Shown one piece after another: positions 10,383-21,081 of a stretch of 64,000 bases of DNA (positions are counted from its first letter, which is position 1; every line of letters starts with the position of its first letter). A model generated the notes under the pieces. It saw nothing but the letters and a program-made list of their open reading frames with translations, did no database searches and was not told where the DNA came from. The stretch is from a virus, in IMG/VR virus record IMGVR_UViG_3300042539_000280, positions 64,001 to 128,000 of that record; one strand, given 5' to 3'. A program made the position numbers and the translations under genes.

Positions 10383-11714
10383 TTAGAAACTTAGAACGAT
10401 TTTGAAGTCTTCCGATTGATCCTCGGCTCTTGCGATTGTAGCAATGTTATCTGTATATAGGAGATTTCCTGTATATCGCTTGGCGTCGGGATATGTGATC
10501 GAACTGACATATCTTGATGTGGTCGAGGTATTACCAATCAACAACTGTGATGTTGGATTACCCTCTGTATTTGTTAGAGTGACAATTGCATTAGTAGAAT
10601 CCCAACCTGCTACTGTTCCTTTGAATGTAGCATTTGCTAAGTTAGTTCCCTGATATACAGTTTCGTCCTCAATATAGGCCGATGTCGATGAACTCTGACT
10701 TAGTGTAATTTTGGTGATCTGAGAAAATGCTGAGTTAGAGATTGTAAATTCATTATAATAATCTCTTGGATCCTGAATTATAGAAATTTGTCTAAAATCA
10801 TTTTCTGTGGTAATAACACCATTTTCTGATCCGTCCAACTTGACATTGATAATAAGGAATGAACCGCCCAATTCAACCAAAGGATTGGAACCATGTCCTT
10901 GTGGTGGACTAATGATTGCTCTTGCTACAGCGCCGGCGCCGTGAGTAGACTTGAAGGTTATATCTGCATATGTATAACCTGAACCTTTGTTATCGATGGT
11001 GACATTTGAAACATTAGCGGAGGTTAGGCTTCGTGTAGCATATGCATTAGCATACTTACCATCTCCTGTAATAATTACAGAAATGTTATTTGATGTATAT
11101 CCTGTTCCACTAGATGTAACCTGAATATGATGAATAGCACCATCAAGGGCGTTATCCTGAACCTGCCACTGTAGAGAGTTGTCGTCAGATAGTAATGTCT
11201 TGACAGGCATATAATCTGCGGTAAGGAATCTTTCTTGTTCTTCACCAGTTAGTGTGAACATATATTTCCAGATATACTTGTCGGCAGTCTGGAAATGTCC
11301 TGATGGGTTGGTTGCGGTTGGTTTGAATGTTGATACTTTACCATAATTATTGGAGAGACATTTATAAACGTTGAACTCGTCTGTCATAACATAAAAAGGA
11401 GTATTTGCACTTTTTAGATCCAATGAATTTGCCATATGATCGTAGGCAATATAAACTGTGTTAGCAGTCCAGTTATGTCTTTTTACGGCATGTCTAACGT
11501 CATTACTGGTAATCTTCTTACCACCAATCATATTCTTCCAAATTTCACCAACGGCAGCAACCGATGTATTGGCCTGAGGTGGATTTGATTCATTAGTCCA
11601 TGGTGCAGGACGACCGAATGTTAGGTAAACATTGGCACCTTGATCACGGGATAATGCTTCTCTAAATTGTTCGGCTACGAAGATTTCAAGATTTTTTGAA
11701 TAAACAGATGACAT
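10383..11714 (-). CDS. Baseplate wedge subunit gp8-like
   Basis: YLTFGRPAPW...FYVMTDEFNVYKCLSN...D.YIWKYMF...GHGSNPLVELG...DFRQISII.DP...EDFKIVLSF; follows gp7. Confidence 0.85.
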   Translation of the reverse strand: MSSVYSKNLEIFVAEQFREALSRDQGANVYLTFGRPAPWTNESNPPQANTSVAAVGEIWKNMIGGKKITSNDVRHAVKRHNWTANTVYIAYDHMANSLDLKSANTPFYVMTDEFNVYKCLSNNYGKVSTFKPTATNPSGHFQTADKYIWKYMFTLTGEEQERFLTADYMPVKTLLSDDNSLQWQVQDNALDGAIHHIQVTSSGTGYTSNNISVIITGDGKYANAYATRSLTSANVSNVTIDNKGSGYTYADITFKSTHGAGAVARAIISPPQGHGSNPLVELGGSFLIINVKLDGSENGVITTENDFRQISIIQDPRDYYNEFTISNSAFSQITKITLSQSSSTSAYIEDETVYQGTNLANATFKGTVAGWDSTNAIVTLTNTEGNPTSQLLIGNTSTTSRYVSSITYPDAKRYTGNLLYTDNIATIARAEDQSEDFKIVLSF

Positions 11715-11736
11715 ATTATCTCTCTTGTTGATCCTT

Positions 11737-11744
11737 TATTTATA
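11737..11744 (-). promoter_or_regulatory. T4-type late promoter (TATAAATA) upstream of gp8
   Basis: Exact TATAAATA on the minus strand about 22 nt before the gp8 ATG. Confidence 0.65.
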
Positions 11745-14673
11745 ACCCAAACCTACCACGATGTTTGTTGAATAGATTGGTCATTTCTGTATTAGAGAAT
11801 GGTCTATTGTAAATTTCAACAATAGAAATTCTACCGTTCATTGTATTTGCGGAGTCGTTTCTAGCACCAATGTATAGGTTATTAGCAGAATCCGAAACGC
11901 CATTAGAAACACCATCGGTAATACCAACAAACTGACCATTGAAATATCCACGGGCGTGTGTGCCGTCATAGGTAAATGCTGCCATATACCAACTATTGGC
12001 ATTGGCGTTACTGGTTAGTTTTAGAATATTATTTGCCGTATATGGTCTGACAATAATATTTACATCATTGTTCTGACTATTTATTTCAAATCCTCTGGTG
12101 AAGGTAGGATTCTGTTTAGATACCACTGTCTTATACTGTGCATTGGCCTTATCAAGATAGAACCACGCAGCAACGGTCATCTTATTATCAACATTCAATG
12201 AGTTAGCATGATTTAGAACAATAGTGTTATTTACACCATTGGCGGCAAGGAACTTGAATCCTGATGCGGAGTAATTGACAATGGTTGTATTGGCATTGGT
12301 TACAGTATTTGTAACGTTACCGTAAACCATGCTAGAATACACGATGACATTGGCAATATTAGCATACTGCTTGGTATTAGCAGCATTATACCAAATGGTA
12401 TTGGCCAATATATTATTGTTTGTATGATCCTTATAATAGTTAGCGGAATCAAATAGAACAATAAGATTTGTTGTATTTACACCAGAAGCAATGAATGTAT
12501 TGGCAATTGAAATATCCAACTTTCCAGTTTCGTCATTATCCTGGAATAGATACTGACCATACATTTTGAGTCCGGCAGGATGAATAAGATCCGTTATTGC
12601 CTGTCTATAACGATCCATAGACTCGCTCATTTTGATAACGTATGAATATTTCTGGTAATAATCTCTGTTCTGTAGGAACATATAAGACGACAACTGGCCA
12701 TCCTGATTTAGATAACGACCTGGATATGAATAAACACCAGTAACAACGTTGGCAAAGGCATTAGCAGTACCGTCACCAAGGCCGGTTAGATCAAGAATTG
12801 GTGCGGTTTCGTAACCATAACCACCAGAAACGATCTTGATTTCTTCAATACCACCAATGATATCGGATCTTGCCACCAATTCTGATCCGTCAGCAATACA
12901 CGAAACGACCATAACATTTGCGTTAGTTCCGCCTGATGTTAGAATATTGACATCAGGTAAAATGTCTTGACGATAACCTGAACCACCTGGTAGATGACCA
13001 TCTAGTGGCAAGAACGATACCTGTAGAATTGTACCAGTGGCATTTACTAGAGATACCTGTGCATTACCACCAACCCCATATGTACCTGGTTTATTGATGA
13101 ATTGGATAATATCACCATTAGCATAACCTGTACCGCCATCATAAATTTCCATTTTACCAAGAATACCAAGTGAACGAACAAAGGTATTAGATAGTGTAGA
13201 AACGGTTGGTAGTTCAATATAGTTTTTACCGGGGTTGATAATAGCAGTAGAAACGATAGGTCCACATGGTCCGTAGAACCAATAATTCATAGACTGTGCT
13301 ACGATTGAATTGGCATTTGGTTTCTTGACAACATCGAATGAAAGGAAATATTGACTGCCGGCCAGACCTGGTGTCAAATTCAATTCATTATAATAACGAT
13401 TGCTTTCTACAATAAGATGGGTTGTATTTGTGTCTATAATATGGACATAATCACCGGTTTCAAAATAAACATTTGAATTACCCATATTATCAGATAGAGT
13501 AACAACGTTCTGTGTACCACCAGCACCAACATTGATTGTTAGATTGGCGGTAACGGTATAAATTGTGTTTAGATTTGAATAAGCAAAACCTTCGTTATCA
13601 TCGACGGTGTTGGCAATCTGTGTATTCGCAACGTCAATAATTTGTGAGGCAACAATATCATAATATGCTGGATGATATGTTTCGTCATCTTGAACGGTAA
13701 ATACGTTAGCAGCAGCACCAGTTCCACCACCACCTGTTAGTAGCAGGTTGGTGTTTGAAACATAACCGGCACCAGATAGTATAACGTCAACAGCCTTGAT
13801 CGAACCCTCAAGTCTCTTATTGACAACCTTGGAGATAATAAGTGTTCCCTTATTACCTTCGAATCCTGCTGGTGGAATAATTGGAACAGATGCACCTTGA
13901 GTATAACCAGAACCTGGAGTTACAACTGTTACTTTGACAATAATACCAGAATAAAGGTTGGCCGAAAGTTCTTTGGTAATACCTTCATCTTCGATAAAAC
14001 AGAATAGTTTTTCACCGTTGATAAAGTCTTGCTCAACACCAGAAACCTTTAGTTCTGTAACAAGTGCGGTTGCATCATAATAAGCATCAACACTTTCTAC
14101 CTTTGCGGTAGAATTGGATGTATTACCTCTAATAGTGGTATTGATAAAACGTGTAAAGGCATCGGTATTAGCAACACCATTGACCGTAATATCTCTAATG
14201 TTTAGAGACTTTTCAACAAACCATTTACCGTCTGATGCTTTGAGAATATTGTCCTGTGGATAGTAAATATCCGCATCTTTATTGAATAGAATACGGGCAA
14301 TATATCTGATCGATTTTTCAGAACCGGTTGTTCTATAGAATTGTTTTGAGTGCTTGGCGATAATATTCATATCGGCCATAGCATCATCAGGAATATAACG
14401 AATAGTATTCTGATATAGTTTTGTCAGAATTTGGTAATATTCGGTATTTTCTTCAAGTTCTGGATGCTCGGCAATATCTTCCGAAATAACATCAACGTCC
14501 ATATATGAAGCAAAGTTCTTAGTAACATAGGCAAGTTCACCTTCCTGTTCTAAGAACTTATAATAACCTTCAATAAACTCAACAAAGATTGGATGATCTC
14601 TATTGACAAACTCTGGTAGTTGTGACGCTACCAGATAGGATGTTTTATTATTGGACGATGCGGAATGTGACAT
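11740..14673 (-). CDS. Baseplate wedge initiator gp7-like with C-terminal LamG/concanavalin domain
   Basis: QLPEFV...FVEFIEGYYKFLE, ILKASDGKW, LQNRDYYQKYSYVIK...LIHPAGLKMYG; C-terminal MTVAAW...WYMAAFTYDG...YFNG...LYIG...IYNR LamG pattern. Confidence 0.8.
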   Translation of the reverse strand: MSHSASSNNKTSYLVASQLPEFVNRDHPIFVEFIEGYYKFLEQEGELAYVTKNFASYMDVDVISEDIAEHPELEENTEYYQILTKLYQNTIRYIPDDAMADMNIIAKHSKQFYRTTGSEKSIRYIARILFNKDADIYYPQDNILKASDGKWFVEKSLNIRDITVNGVANTDAFTRFINTTIRGNTSNSTAKVESVDAYYDATALVTELKVSGVEQDFINGEKLFCFIEDEGITKELSANLYSGIIVKVTVVTPGSGYTQGASVPIIPPAGFEGNKGTLIISKVVNKRLEGSIKAVDVILSGAGYVSNTNLLLTGGGGTGAAANVFTVQDDETYHPAYYDIVASQIIDVANTQIANTVDDNEGFAYSNLNTIYTVTANLTINVGAGGTQNVVTLSDNMGNSNVYFETGDYVHIIDTNTTHLIVESNRYYNELNLTPGLAGSQYFLSFDVVKKPNANSIVAQSMNYWFYGPCGPIVSTAIINPGKNYIELPTVSTLSNTFVRSLGILGKMEIYDGGTGYANGDIIQFINKPGTYGVGGNAQVSLVNATGTILQVSFLPLDGHLPGGSGYRQDILPDVNILTSGGTNANVMVVSCIADGSELVARSDIIGGIEEIKIVSGGYGYETAPILDLTGLGDGTANAFANVVTGVYSYPGRYLNQDGQLSSYMFLQNRDYYQKYSYVIKMSESMDRYRQAITDLIHPAGLKMYGQYLFQDNDETGKLDISIANTFIASGVNTTNLIVLFDSANYYKDHTNNNILANTIWYNAANTKQYANIANVIVYSSMVYGNVTNTVTNANTTIVNYSASGFKFLAANGVNNTIVLNHANSLNVDNKMTVAAWFYLDKANAQYKTVVSKQNPTFTRGFEINSQNNDVNIIVRPYTANNILKLTSNANANSWYMAAFTYDGTHARGYFNGQFVGITDGVSNGVSDSANNLYIGARNDSANTMNGRISIVEIYNRPFSNTEMTNLFNKHRGRFGL

Positions 14674-16754
14674 TAGGTTTGTGGTACCATTTTGAGTTGA
14701 ATTGCCTGTGCGTTATTAGTATCGATAGCAAGTAATCTGTTTCTTAGTGGTGGAATAACACTGTTTTCTGGCACCACATTTATGGTCAGAATATTCTTAT
14801 CATAGAATGGGTTTGTCGCAATCTTCATTGGTGTGAAGGTATTGAGTGTAACTTTACCAGTTAGGTAGTTCACAATACCAGCGTTATCATTGATGATAAC
14901 CTTTTCACCATTGGTCTTATAGTAGTATGTTCTAAGAACACCTAGAGTTGATCTTAGTCTAACAGACAATGAACATTCTGAACCAAATTCATCAGTGATT
15001 GAAGCGGTTGCTCGTGTATAATTTACACCTGCTGTCAATACCTGAATTGAACGAATACGGCCATTGACCACAATGGCCTTGGCAGTAGCACCAGTACCAT
15101 CACCGGAGATTGTTACAACAGGTGATGTACCGTAATTTATACCTGGGTTGATAACGTCAACCGAATCCACACCAGTATATGATTCAGGAACTTCTTCATA
15201 ATAAACCTCACGGTCAATTCCTTTTGAGTCCTGGACTGTTACTTGTGGATAAGAATAGAGTTTCTTGGCAAAATCACCTTTTCTCAACTGTGTGTTGAAA
15301 TTGATATAATATCTTGCTGTAATCTCAGGTGCTATTGGTTTTCTATTCTGTAGATAAATGGTCAAATCGGATGCGGTAATAGATGCATCTGATCTTTCGA
15401 TATAAGCCTGCAATTTAGATTGCTTGAATGTGGACTTGAATGTATATAATTCATCAGTTGCATACTGGAAAATAGCATCTTTTACCACATTGAGCAATTC
15501 TGTTTCACTCTTAGTTGTTAGAGTTGGATTATATGTAATATTACCACGAATTAGAATAAAGACATATTCAGGGTCAACAATCTCAGGAATAACGGTGAGA
15601 ACGTTACGGTTTCTGATTAGTGTTTCTTTGATTCTAGCCTTTTCTAGGTCGGTTAGAACATAATAACCTCTGGTTTTCATAGACAAATAAACTTTACCAT
15701 ATACTGGTGGATCGTTTTCTTCACCACCCCAAACGGACACGGCCTCAATATTTGAGTAATCTTTGGTGACCAATGCTTCGTAATCGTTGGTTGTTACGCA
15801 ACGGTTCTGTGAGGTATAAACGTATGGTGCTCTGAAACGGATATCTTCAATTTGTTCTTTGGCAGTACCACCATATGATCCACTAACAGCAACGGCCTTT
15901 ACGTTATTTCTGAATAGACCTGCGACCGGTTCAACAAATGTGAACTTGGTAACATTGTTTGCTAATGTTCCAATTGTATCCAAATAAGTTACTGTGATAA
16001 TATTACCATTGGCAGGTCTCTTACCAATAACATCATCACCGAAATAAATGGTGTAATTTAGCTCCTGATCCTCTTCCAAGAAATATACTTTGGAATTGGC
16101 CTGAAGTTCGGTAACATCAGTTGAAATAAAGTATTCGTTTGTTTCTGTATTAGATGCCGATTCACGCACGGTGACAACCAGCGAGTCGGTATCAACATTT
16201 GCTGATGGAATCTGGTATCTGCGTGAGGTATTATTGGCATTGTCAACGGTATACTGGTGAGTAATAACCTCACCTTGCTTTACATACACGTTAGCAAAGG
16301 CAAATGAACCGTTGACTTTATATGCGGTGTTAGCATTGATTGTTACGAAAGGATAATTGACACCACCAACGTCTGCACCAAGCAAACGAGTATATTTGTC
16401 CATTACAATATATGTAACGTCTTGGTTTTCGGTTGGACCTGGAGTAACAGTAACATTCAACTGGGCCACGGCGCCATGTGCGGAATCAGGAACATAACCA
16501 ATCAATTTAGCATGAGAAAGGATATTCTTACGATCCTGTGCGGTATCCAAAAAGGACTCGTTGGCGATCATATTCATATAGAATGAATTGTAATATGTGT
16601 TATAAGAAAGAATGTCCAATAGAACGGACATACCTGAACCTTCAAAGTCATAGTCCTTGAAGGTGTCTTGGCTCTTGAGGTAGGTCTTTAGATTATTCTT
16701 GATAGAATTGAAATCTAAGTCTGCAACTCTAAATGAATTATTGGAAGTTGCCAT
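14673..16754 (-). CDS. Baseplate wedge subunit gp6
   Basis: LDFNSIKNNLKTYLKSQDTFKDYDFEGSGMSVLLDILSYNT; QNRCVTTNDYE; VWGGEENDPPVYGKVY. Confidence 0.92.
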   Translation of the reverse strand: MATSNNSFRVADLDFNSIKNNLKTYLKSQDTFKDYDFEGSGMSVLLDILSYNTYYNSFYMNMIANESFLDTAQDRKNILSHAKLIGYVPDSAHGAVAQLNVTVTPGPTENQDVTYIVMDKYTRLLGADVGGVNYPFVTINANTAYKVNGSFAFANVYVKQGEVITHQYTVDNANNTSRRYQIPSANVDTDSLVVTVRESASNTETNEYFISTDVTELQANSKVYFLEEDQELNYTIYFGDDVIGKRPANGNIITVTYLDTIGTLANNVTKFTFVEPVAGLFRNNVKAVAVSGSYGGTAKEQIEDIRFRAPYVYTSQNRCVTTNDYEALVTKDYSNIEAVSVWGGEENDPPVYGKVYLSMKTRGYYVLTDLEKARIKETLIRNRNVLTVIPEIVDPEYVFILIRGNITYNPTLTTKSETELLNVVKDAIFQYATDELYTFKSTFKQSKLQAYIERSDASITASDLTIYLQNRKPIAPEITARYYINFNTQLRKGDFAKKLYSYPQVTVQDSKGIDREVYYEEVPESYTGVDSVDVINPGINYGTSPVVTISGDGTGATAKAIVVNGRIRSIQVLTAGVNYTRATASITDEFGSECSLSVRLRSTLGVLRTYYYKTNGEKVIINDNAGIVNYLTGKVTLNTFTPMKIATNPFYDKNILTINVVPENSVIPPLRNRLLAIDTNNAQAIQLKMVPQT

Positions 16755-16758
16755 ATTA

Positions 16759-17160
16759 CTATCTTATCCTTTCCAGGAACAATGTTGCTGTGGTGTTGAT
16801 GTTTCTGTTTAGTATCACATATGTTAGTGTGACGTTATAACCGTTATTGTCAATATCTTCTTTGACGGTTACACTTTGTAATCTTACTCTTGGTTCGTAA
16901 TTATTTATCAATGCTGTAATAGCATCTTGAATATGAATGGAAGTCAATGGAGTCGCATTTTCGAATAGTAATGCGGTGACATCCGAACCTAATTGAGTAT
17001 TGAACTTTCTTTCATAGAAATTGGTAAATACCAGGTTACGAACAGACCTTTTGATGGCCTCGGAACCAACCTTCATATTAACATCACCAGTCGTTCTATT
17101 GACGGTAAAATCAAGGTCAAGGTCAGAATAATCCGGATCTCTGTTGATTATATTGGCCAT
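16759..17160 (-). CDS. Baseplate wedge subunit gp25
   Basis: YSDLDLDF...AIKRSVRNLVFTNFYERKF...GS...LLFE...NYEPRV. Confidence 0.92.
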   Translation of the reverse strand: MANIINRDPDYSDLDLDFTVNRTTGDVNMKVGSEAIKRSVRNLVFTNFYERKFNTQLGSDVTALLFENATPLTSIHIQDAITALINNYEPRVRLQSVTVKEDIDNNGYNVTLTYVILNRNINTTATLFLERIR

Positions 17161-17189
17161 TTTAGTCCTTTGCGTTTATATTATTTAGT

Positions 17190-18461
17190 TTATTTCCACG
17201 AGTTGATTTCCGAAGAGGCATCTGGTTCTTCTTGTGGTTGCTGTGCCTTGGATGCCGAAATAGATGGAATACCAGTAGCAGATTGAATCTGATCAAATAT
17301 AAATGACAATTGCTGAATTTGACCAGTGAAAGGTAGACCTAAACCGCCGGCAAGGTTCAATAGACCACCCAAAGCATCAACATTTACACCAGAACCACCA
17401 CCAACAATGTTTGTGGTACTCTGATTTTGACCAACGTGGGTGCTTCCCGCACCTTCAATTGATGCCTGTCCACCGGCAAGAACTTGTGCATTGCCACCTT
17501 GTGATCTGATTTGAACGTCGCCGCCAGTAGATTTGGTAACAATATTTTGTGTTGCTGCCATATTGATACCACCACTTTGAGCATCAACATTTACACCACC
17601 GGATGTAGCGGTAATACCAACATCTTTTTTGGCCTTTACCTGAATTTTATCTTGCTTGGATTCTACATTGACCGCCTTTGCTGCCTGTGCATGTAGAGCA
17701 CCATCTTTGGCCAGCAATGTTACTTCATTAGTGCCATCGGAGAACTTGGCATCAAACTTGCCTTCTTTGGTCTCCATATGCATATTACCTTTTTCATTCT
17801 TGAAGGTCATATCACCCTGATCGGTAACAGATGCATGAATACCTTTACCACCAGCAAAAAAGGCCTTTTGTGTTCTTGATGCCACCATCATATTACCTTC
17901 TGATACCACAGAATGAGCACCCATCGTATTATATGTGGAAGAACCTTCTACTCTTTTATTGATATTCTTGGCCGTGGTGTCCATATTACCACGAATAGAG
18001 CGGTTCATATTCTTTGCGGTGACATTCATATCACCCAATACGGTGAGGTTATAATCTTTGTGAACGGTGACGTTATGGTTGCCATATACTCTCATTGAGG
18101 CATCACCTTTTACCGTGATATCCTGAGCACCTGAAATGGTTACACGATTTTCACCAAATGTTACCTCATATTTACCGTTATGAGTTGTTAGTAACATACC
18201 ACCATCTGGACGCATTTGAATGCCTGTACCAGAACGGTGCTGTAGCGTTACAGTTTCTTTACCCTCAGAGTCATCCATAATAAATGTATGACCAGAACGT
18301 GTCTTGTGTGACCAGTAATTAGGATATGCACCGGCACCCTCCATGCTTCTGGCATCTTTATCAAAGTTTACCGCACGAGGAGTCGTTTTTCTTTCTTCAT
18401 TAGTATTGAATTGATCACCGCCGGAGTTATTTACCGATACGGATCCAGTTACGTCAGTCAT
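17190..18461 (-). CDS. gp5-like baseplate spike, C-terminal beta-helix part (no OB or lysozyme domain)
   Basis: YPNYWSHKTRSGHTFIMDDSEGKETVTLQHRSGT gp5 motif followed by (V/I)xG(D/N) beta-helix repeats. Confidence 0.75.
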   Translation of the reverse strand: MTDVTGSVSVNNSGGDQFNTNEERKTTPRAVNFDKDARSMEGAGAYPNYWSHKTRSGHTFIMDDSEGKETVTLQHRSGTGIQMRPDGGMLLTTHNGKYEVTFGENRVTISGAQDITVKGDASMRVYGNHNVTVHKDYNLTVLGDMNVTAKNMNRSIRGNMDTTAKNINKRVEGSSTYNTMGAHSVVSEGNMMVASRTQKAFFAGGKGIHASVTDQGDMTFKNEKGNMHMETKEGKFDAKFSDGTNEVTLLAKDGALHAQAAKAVNVESKQDKIQVKAKKDVGITATSGGVNVDAQSGGINMAATQNIVTKSTGGDVQIRSQGGNAQVLAGGQASIEGAGSTHVGQNQSTTNIVGGGSGVNVDALGGLLNLAGGLGLPFTGQIQQLSFIFDQIQSATGIPSISASKAQQPQEEPDASSEINSWK

Positions 18462-18464
18462 CTA

Positions 18465-19883
18465 TTACTCCTGATAATATACTTTGTTCAAGGGGTCGCC
18501 GCCATCAATGACGGCCTGATTTATTTGTTTTTGTTTCTGTGGTTTCTTATCTTGTGTTAGTTTCTGGTGCATATTCTTTGCTTCTTTTTCTTGCGACATG
18601 GCCAATCTTTTCCACATATCCTGCAAGGTCTGTGCTGATTTACCAAAAAGTGTGCCTAGCATTGACTGAGCGGCGCCGCCAGAACCTGAACCTTGATTGC
18701 CTTGTCCGCCTGCGCCGCTACCTGATCCTGAGGATGCTGGAGCACTCGTGGCACCTGAACCATAAGAAACGTTTGACATAGAATTAGCAAAGGCCATTTG
18801 TGCGTTTGCATTAGCATATGTAACGACAATATTACCGTTTACATCAACCTGCTGTAATGCCACACCCCAGGCATTTTCAATCTGTATTTCAACAACGTCT
18901 AGTGCGTCCTGTCCGTGTAGACTGGAATCCCACTGTAGTCGTGATAATACAGACATAACATCATCGATGGTGGAAACATTAGATAACAATTCAACGGCAT
19001 TTTCTAAGTAAATACCATAATGTACCACATTACCAGTTACGAAACCAACACCATTATCTGTTTCATGGCCTTGAATTAGAATTGTCAGACTCTTGATGGC
19101 CTGTATCATGGCCTCGGCACGTTCTGGTTCCGAAGGATGATTATTTCTAATATTATTCTGAATTTCATCCCAATAACTGATACCATTACCGATACCACCA
19201 CCAGAATTATGTGTATTATTACCGCCACGACCATTCTGCATAAGGCCCTGTAATAGACCTTGTAATGATCCTACAATACCCTGCAACTGATCAAACATCT
19301 GATTTGTCATCATTTGATCATTATGTTGCTTGGCAGTCGGTACCTGTTTTAGTGCTGGTAATCTAAAACCGGCCATATCAAATAAAGCACCGTGACTTGG
19401 TAGACCATCCAATAATGAGAGTGAATGTTTCTCACCCTTTTCTTGGATCTTTCTGATCTTCATGCCATTTTCATCCACCTCTTGAACCTTGGGTGGAACA
19501 TTTACACCAATATCTTGTGTGAATAGTTCTGCAATCTTACCAGTGAGAAGGCTTTGACCACCTCCACCACCGCCTTCGGCGCCCATATTACCTTTTCTAA
19601 TAGAATTGGCCAGGCCAAGAATAATACCACCTGGTTCACCAACATTCTTTAGAACATATACGAGTGTACCTGGATCCATTGTGCCAGGGAATTGTGAACC
19701 GCCTGTCTGAGTCGGATTGAGTGCCATTGGCGAGAATTGCAAATCCTCAAAATTTACTTCATCACCGTGTTCTAGTGGATTTACAATCTTCTGATTACAG
19801 GAATGGTCTGGTGCCGGATCATTGATACCACCACCGGCAATAACGCAAGTCTTTACTTGTGTCGTTAGTTCTCTAGGTGCCAT
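18465..19883 (-). CDS. Baseplate hub-associated protein (possibly carries the gp5 N-terminal OB-like domain)
   Basis: Lies between gp27-like and gp5-like genes; PGTLVYV....EPGGIILG resembles the end of the gp5 OB fold. Confidence 0.4.
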   Translation of the reverse strand: MAPRELTTQVKTCVIAGGGINDPAPDHSCNQKIVNPLEHGDEVNFEDLQFSPMALNPTQTGGSQFPGTMDPGTLVYVLKNVGEPGGIILGLANSIRKGNMGAEGGGGGGQSLLTGKIAELFTQDIGVNVPPKVQEVDENGMKIRKIQEKGEKHSLSLLDGLPSHGALFDMAGFRLPALKQVPTAKQHNDQMMTNQMFDQLQGIVGSLQGLLQGLMQNGRGGNNTHNSGGGIGNGISYWDEIQNNIRNNHPSEPERAEAMIQAIKSLTILIQGHETDNGVGFVTGNVVHYGIYLENAVELLSNVSTIDDVMSVLSRLQWDSSLHGQDALDVVEIQIENAWGVALQQVDVNGNIVVTYANANAQMAFANSMSNVSYGSGATSAPASSGSGSGAGGQGNQGSGSGGAAQSMLGTLFGKSAQTLQDMWKRLAMSQEKEAKNMHQKLTQDKKPQKQKQINQAVIDGGDPLNKVYYQE

Positions 19884-19892
19884 AATATCTCC

Positions 19893-21080
19893 TTACAAAT
19901 TCCTAGTAATACAATCGAGAGTGGTGGTACCAAAACCACCAAATTGAACGTTGTGTTTGAGCGAAGCAATCAAATAATTACCTGTACCAAATATTTTACC
20001 TGTGAAACTATTGTCTGTTGATTTATTCAACCAATAAAATGAAATAGAATTACCAACATGCAAATCAGGATTCCATGGAATGGTAAGTCTTAGTGCGACC
20101 TTATCTTTTTCTAATAGACCCATTCTGGCCTGTCTTAGTAATAGATATTGTTCCACACCTAATTCACAAACGTTTTGTTGTTTACCTGATCCTTTATTAG
20201 TAAATGCCTGTTTATGATTAGCAACGCCTTTGATACACCCACCACCAAAACTGCTGCCGTCACCAGCACCAAGAAACTGCATTGCACCTGTAACAGCATT
20301 TACCGTGGCCAGGCCATTCATGCTCTTACCGTTTTCATCAAGACCATTTAGAACATCTGACAAATAATCAAAGTCACAGGGGAATGAGAAATTGATAACC
20401 TTTTTAGGGTCGGCAAGATCCATATTTGTTTCAGAATGTTGAAACTCCCATGTTGGTGGCTGGTGCATTAGTGCTTTGAGTGATCTGAAATAATGAGTAC
20501 CAGTATTTTCAAAGGTCATATAATGCAAGAATGACGGATCTTCACCGTCTAGTGCGGCATTACATTGCTGTTGAATTACCTGAAACGGATGGATCATTTC
20601 AGCAATATAGTTTCTGGTTGGTTGACAGTCATCAATTACAGGATTATTACCAACACCCAAACAGGTATTGAGAGCATAGTCCACAACTTCTGATGGAGTC
20701 TGACAATTGAATGATTTTGAAATAAGAGACTTGGCATCTTCTAATAGAGAAGGATCACAGGCATGGAGTGTTAGTGATTCGGTGGAACCAACGTTGATAT
20801 CCAATTCACGGTTATCAATACGGTAAATTCTTTGCTTGATGAACATTACCTGCTCACCATCTTGTGTTCTCATATTGAGAGTAACGTCTTTATTCTTATA
20901 ATTCATCCAGTTTTTGATCGGATTACTATAGACAAAAGACTGTAATGTGATGGCAGTTTGAAGGCCTGGTGTCAATAGACTTTCACCTAGTATTACTTCT
21001 TTTACAGTAATATCGGTGAATGTCTGACCGTCAATAGTAATATCCGCACGAACTCGGCGGCCATCATAAGTAATTGCCAT
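19893..21080 (-). CDS. Baseplate hub protein (gp27-like)
   Basis: ESLLTPGL N-terminus, FLHYMTFE...YFRSL, LTIP.NPDLHVG...GNYLIASLKH; gp53-hub-gp5 synteny. Confidence 0.6.
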   Translation of the reverse strand: MAITYDGRRVRADITIDGQTFTDITVKEVILGESLLTPGLQTAITLQSFVYSNPIKNWMNYKNKDVTLNMRTQDGEQVMFIKQRIYRIDNRELDINVGSTESLTLHACDPSLLEDAKSLISKSFNCQTPSEVVDYALNTCLGVGNNPVIDDCQPTRNYIAEMIHPFQVIQQQCNAALDGEDPSFLHYMTFENTGTHYFRSLKALMHQPPTWEFQHSETNMDLADPKKVINFSFPCDFDYLSDVLNGLDENGKSMNGLATVNAVTGAMQFLGAGDGSSFGGGCIKGVANHKQAFTNKGSGKQQNVCELGVEQYLLLRQARMGLLEKDKVALRLTIPWNPDLHVGNSISFYWLNKSTDNSFTGKIFGTGNYLIASLKHNVQFGGFGTTTLDCITRNL

Positions 21081-21081
21081 A

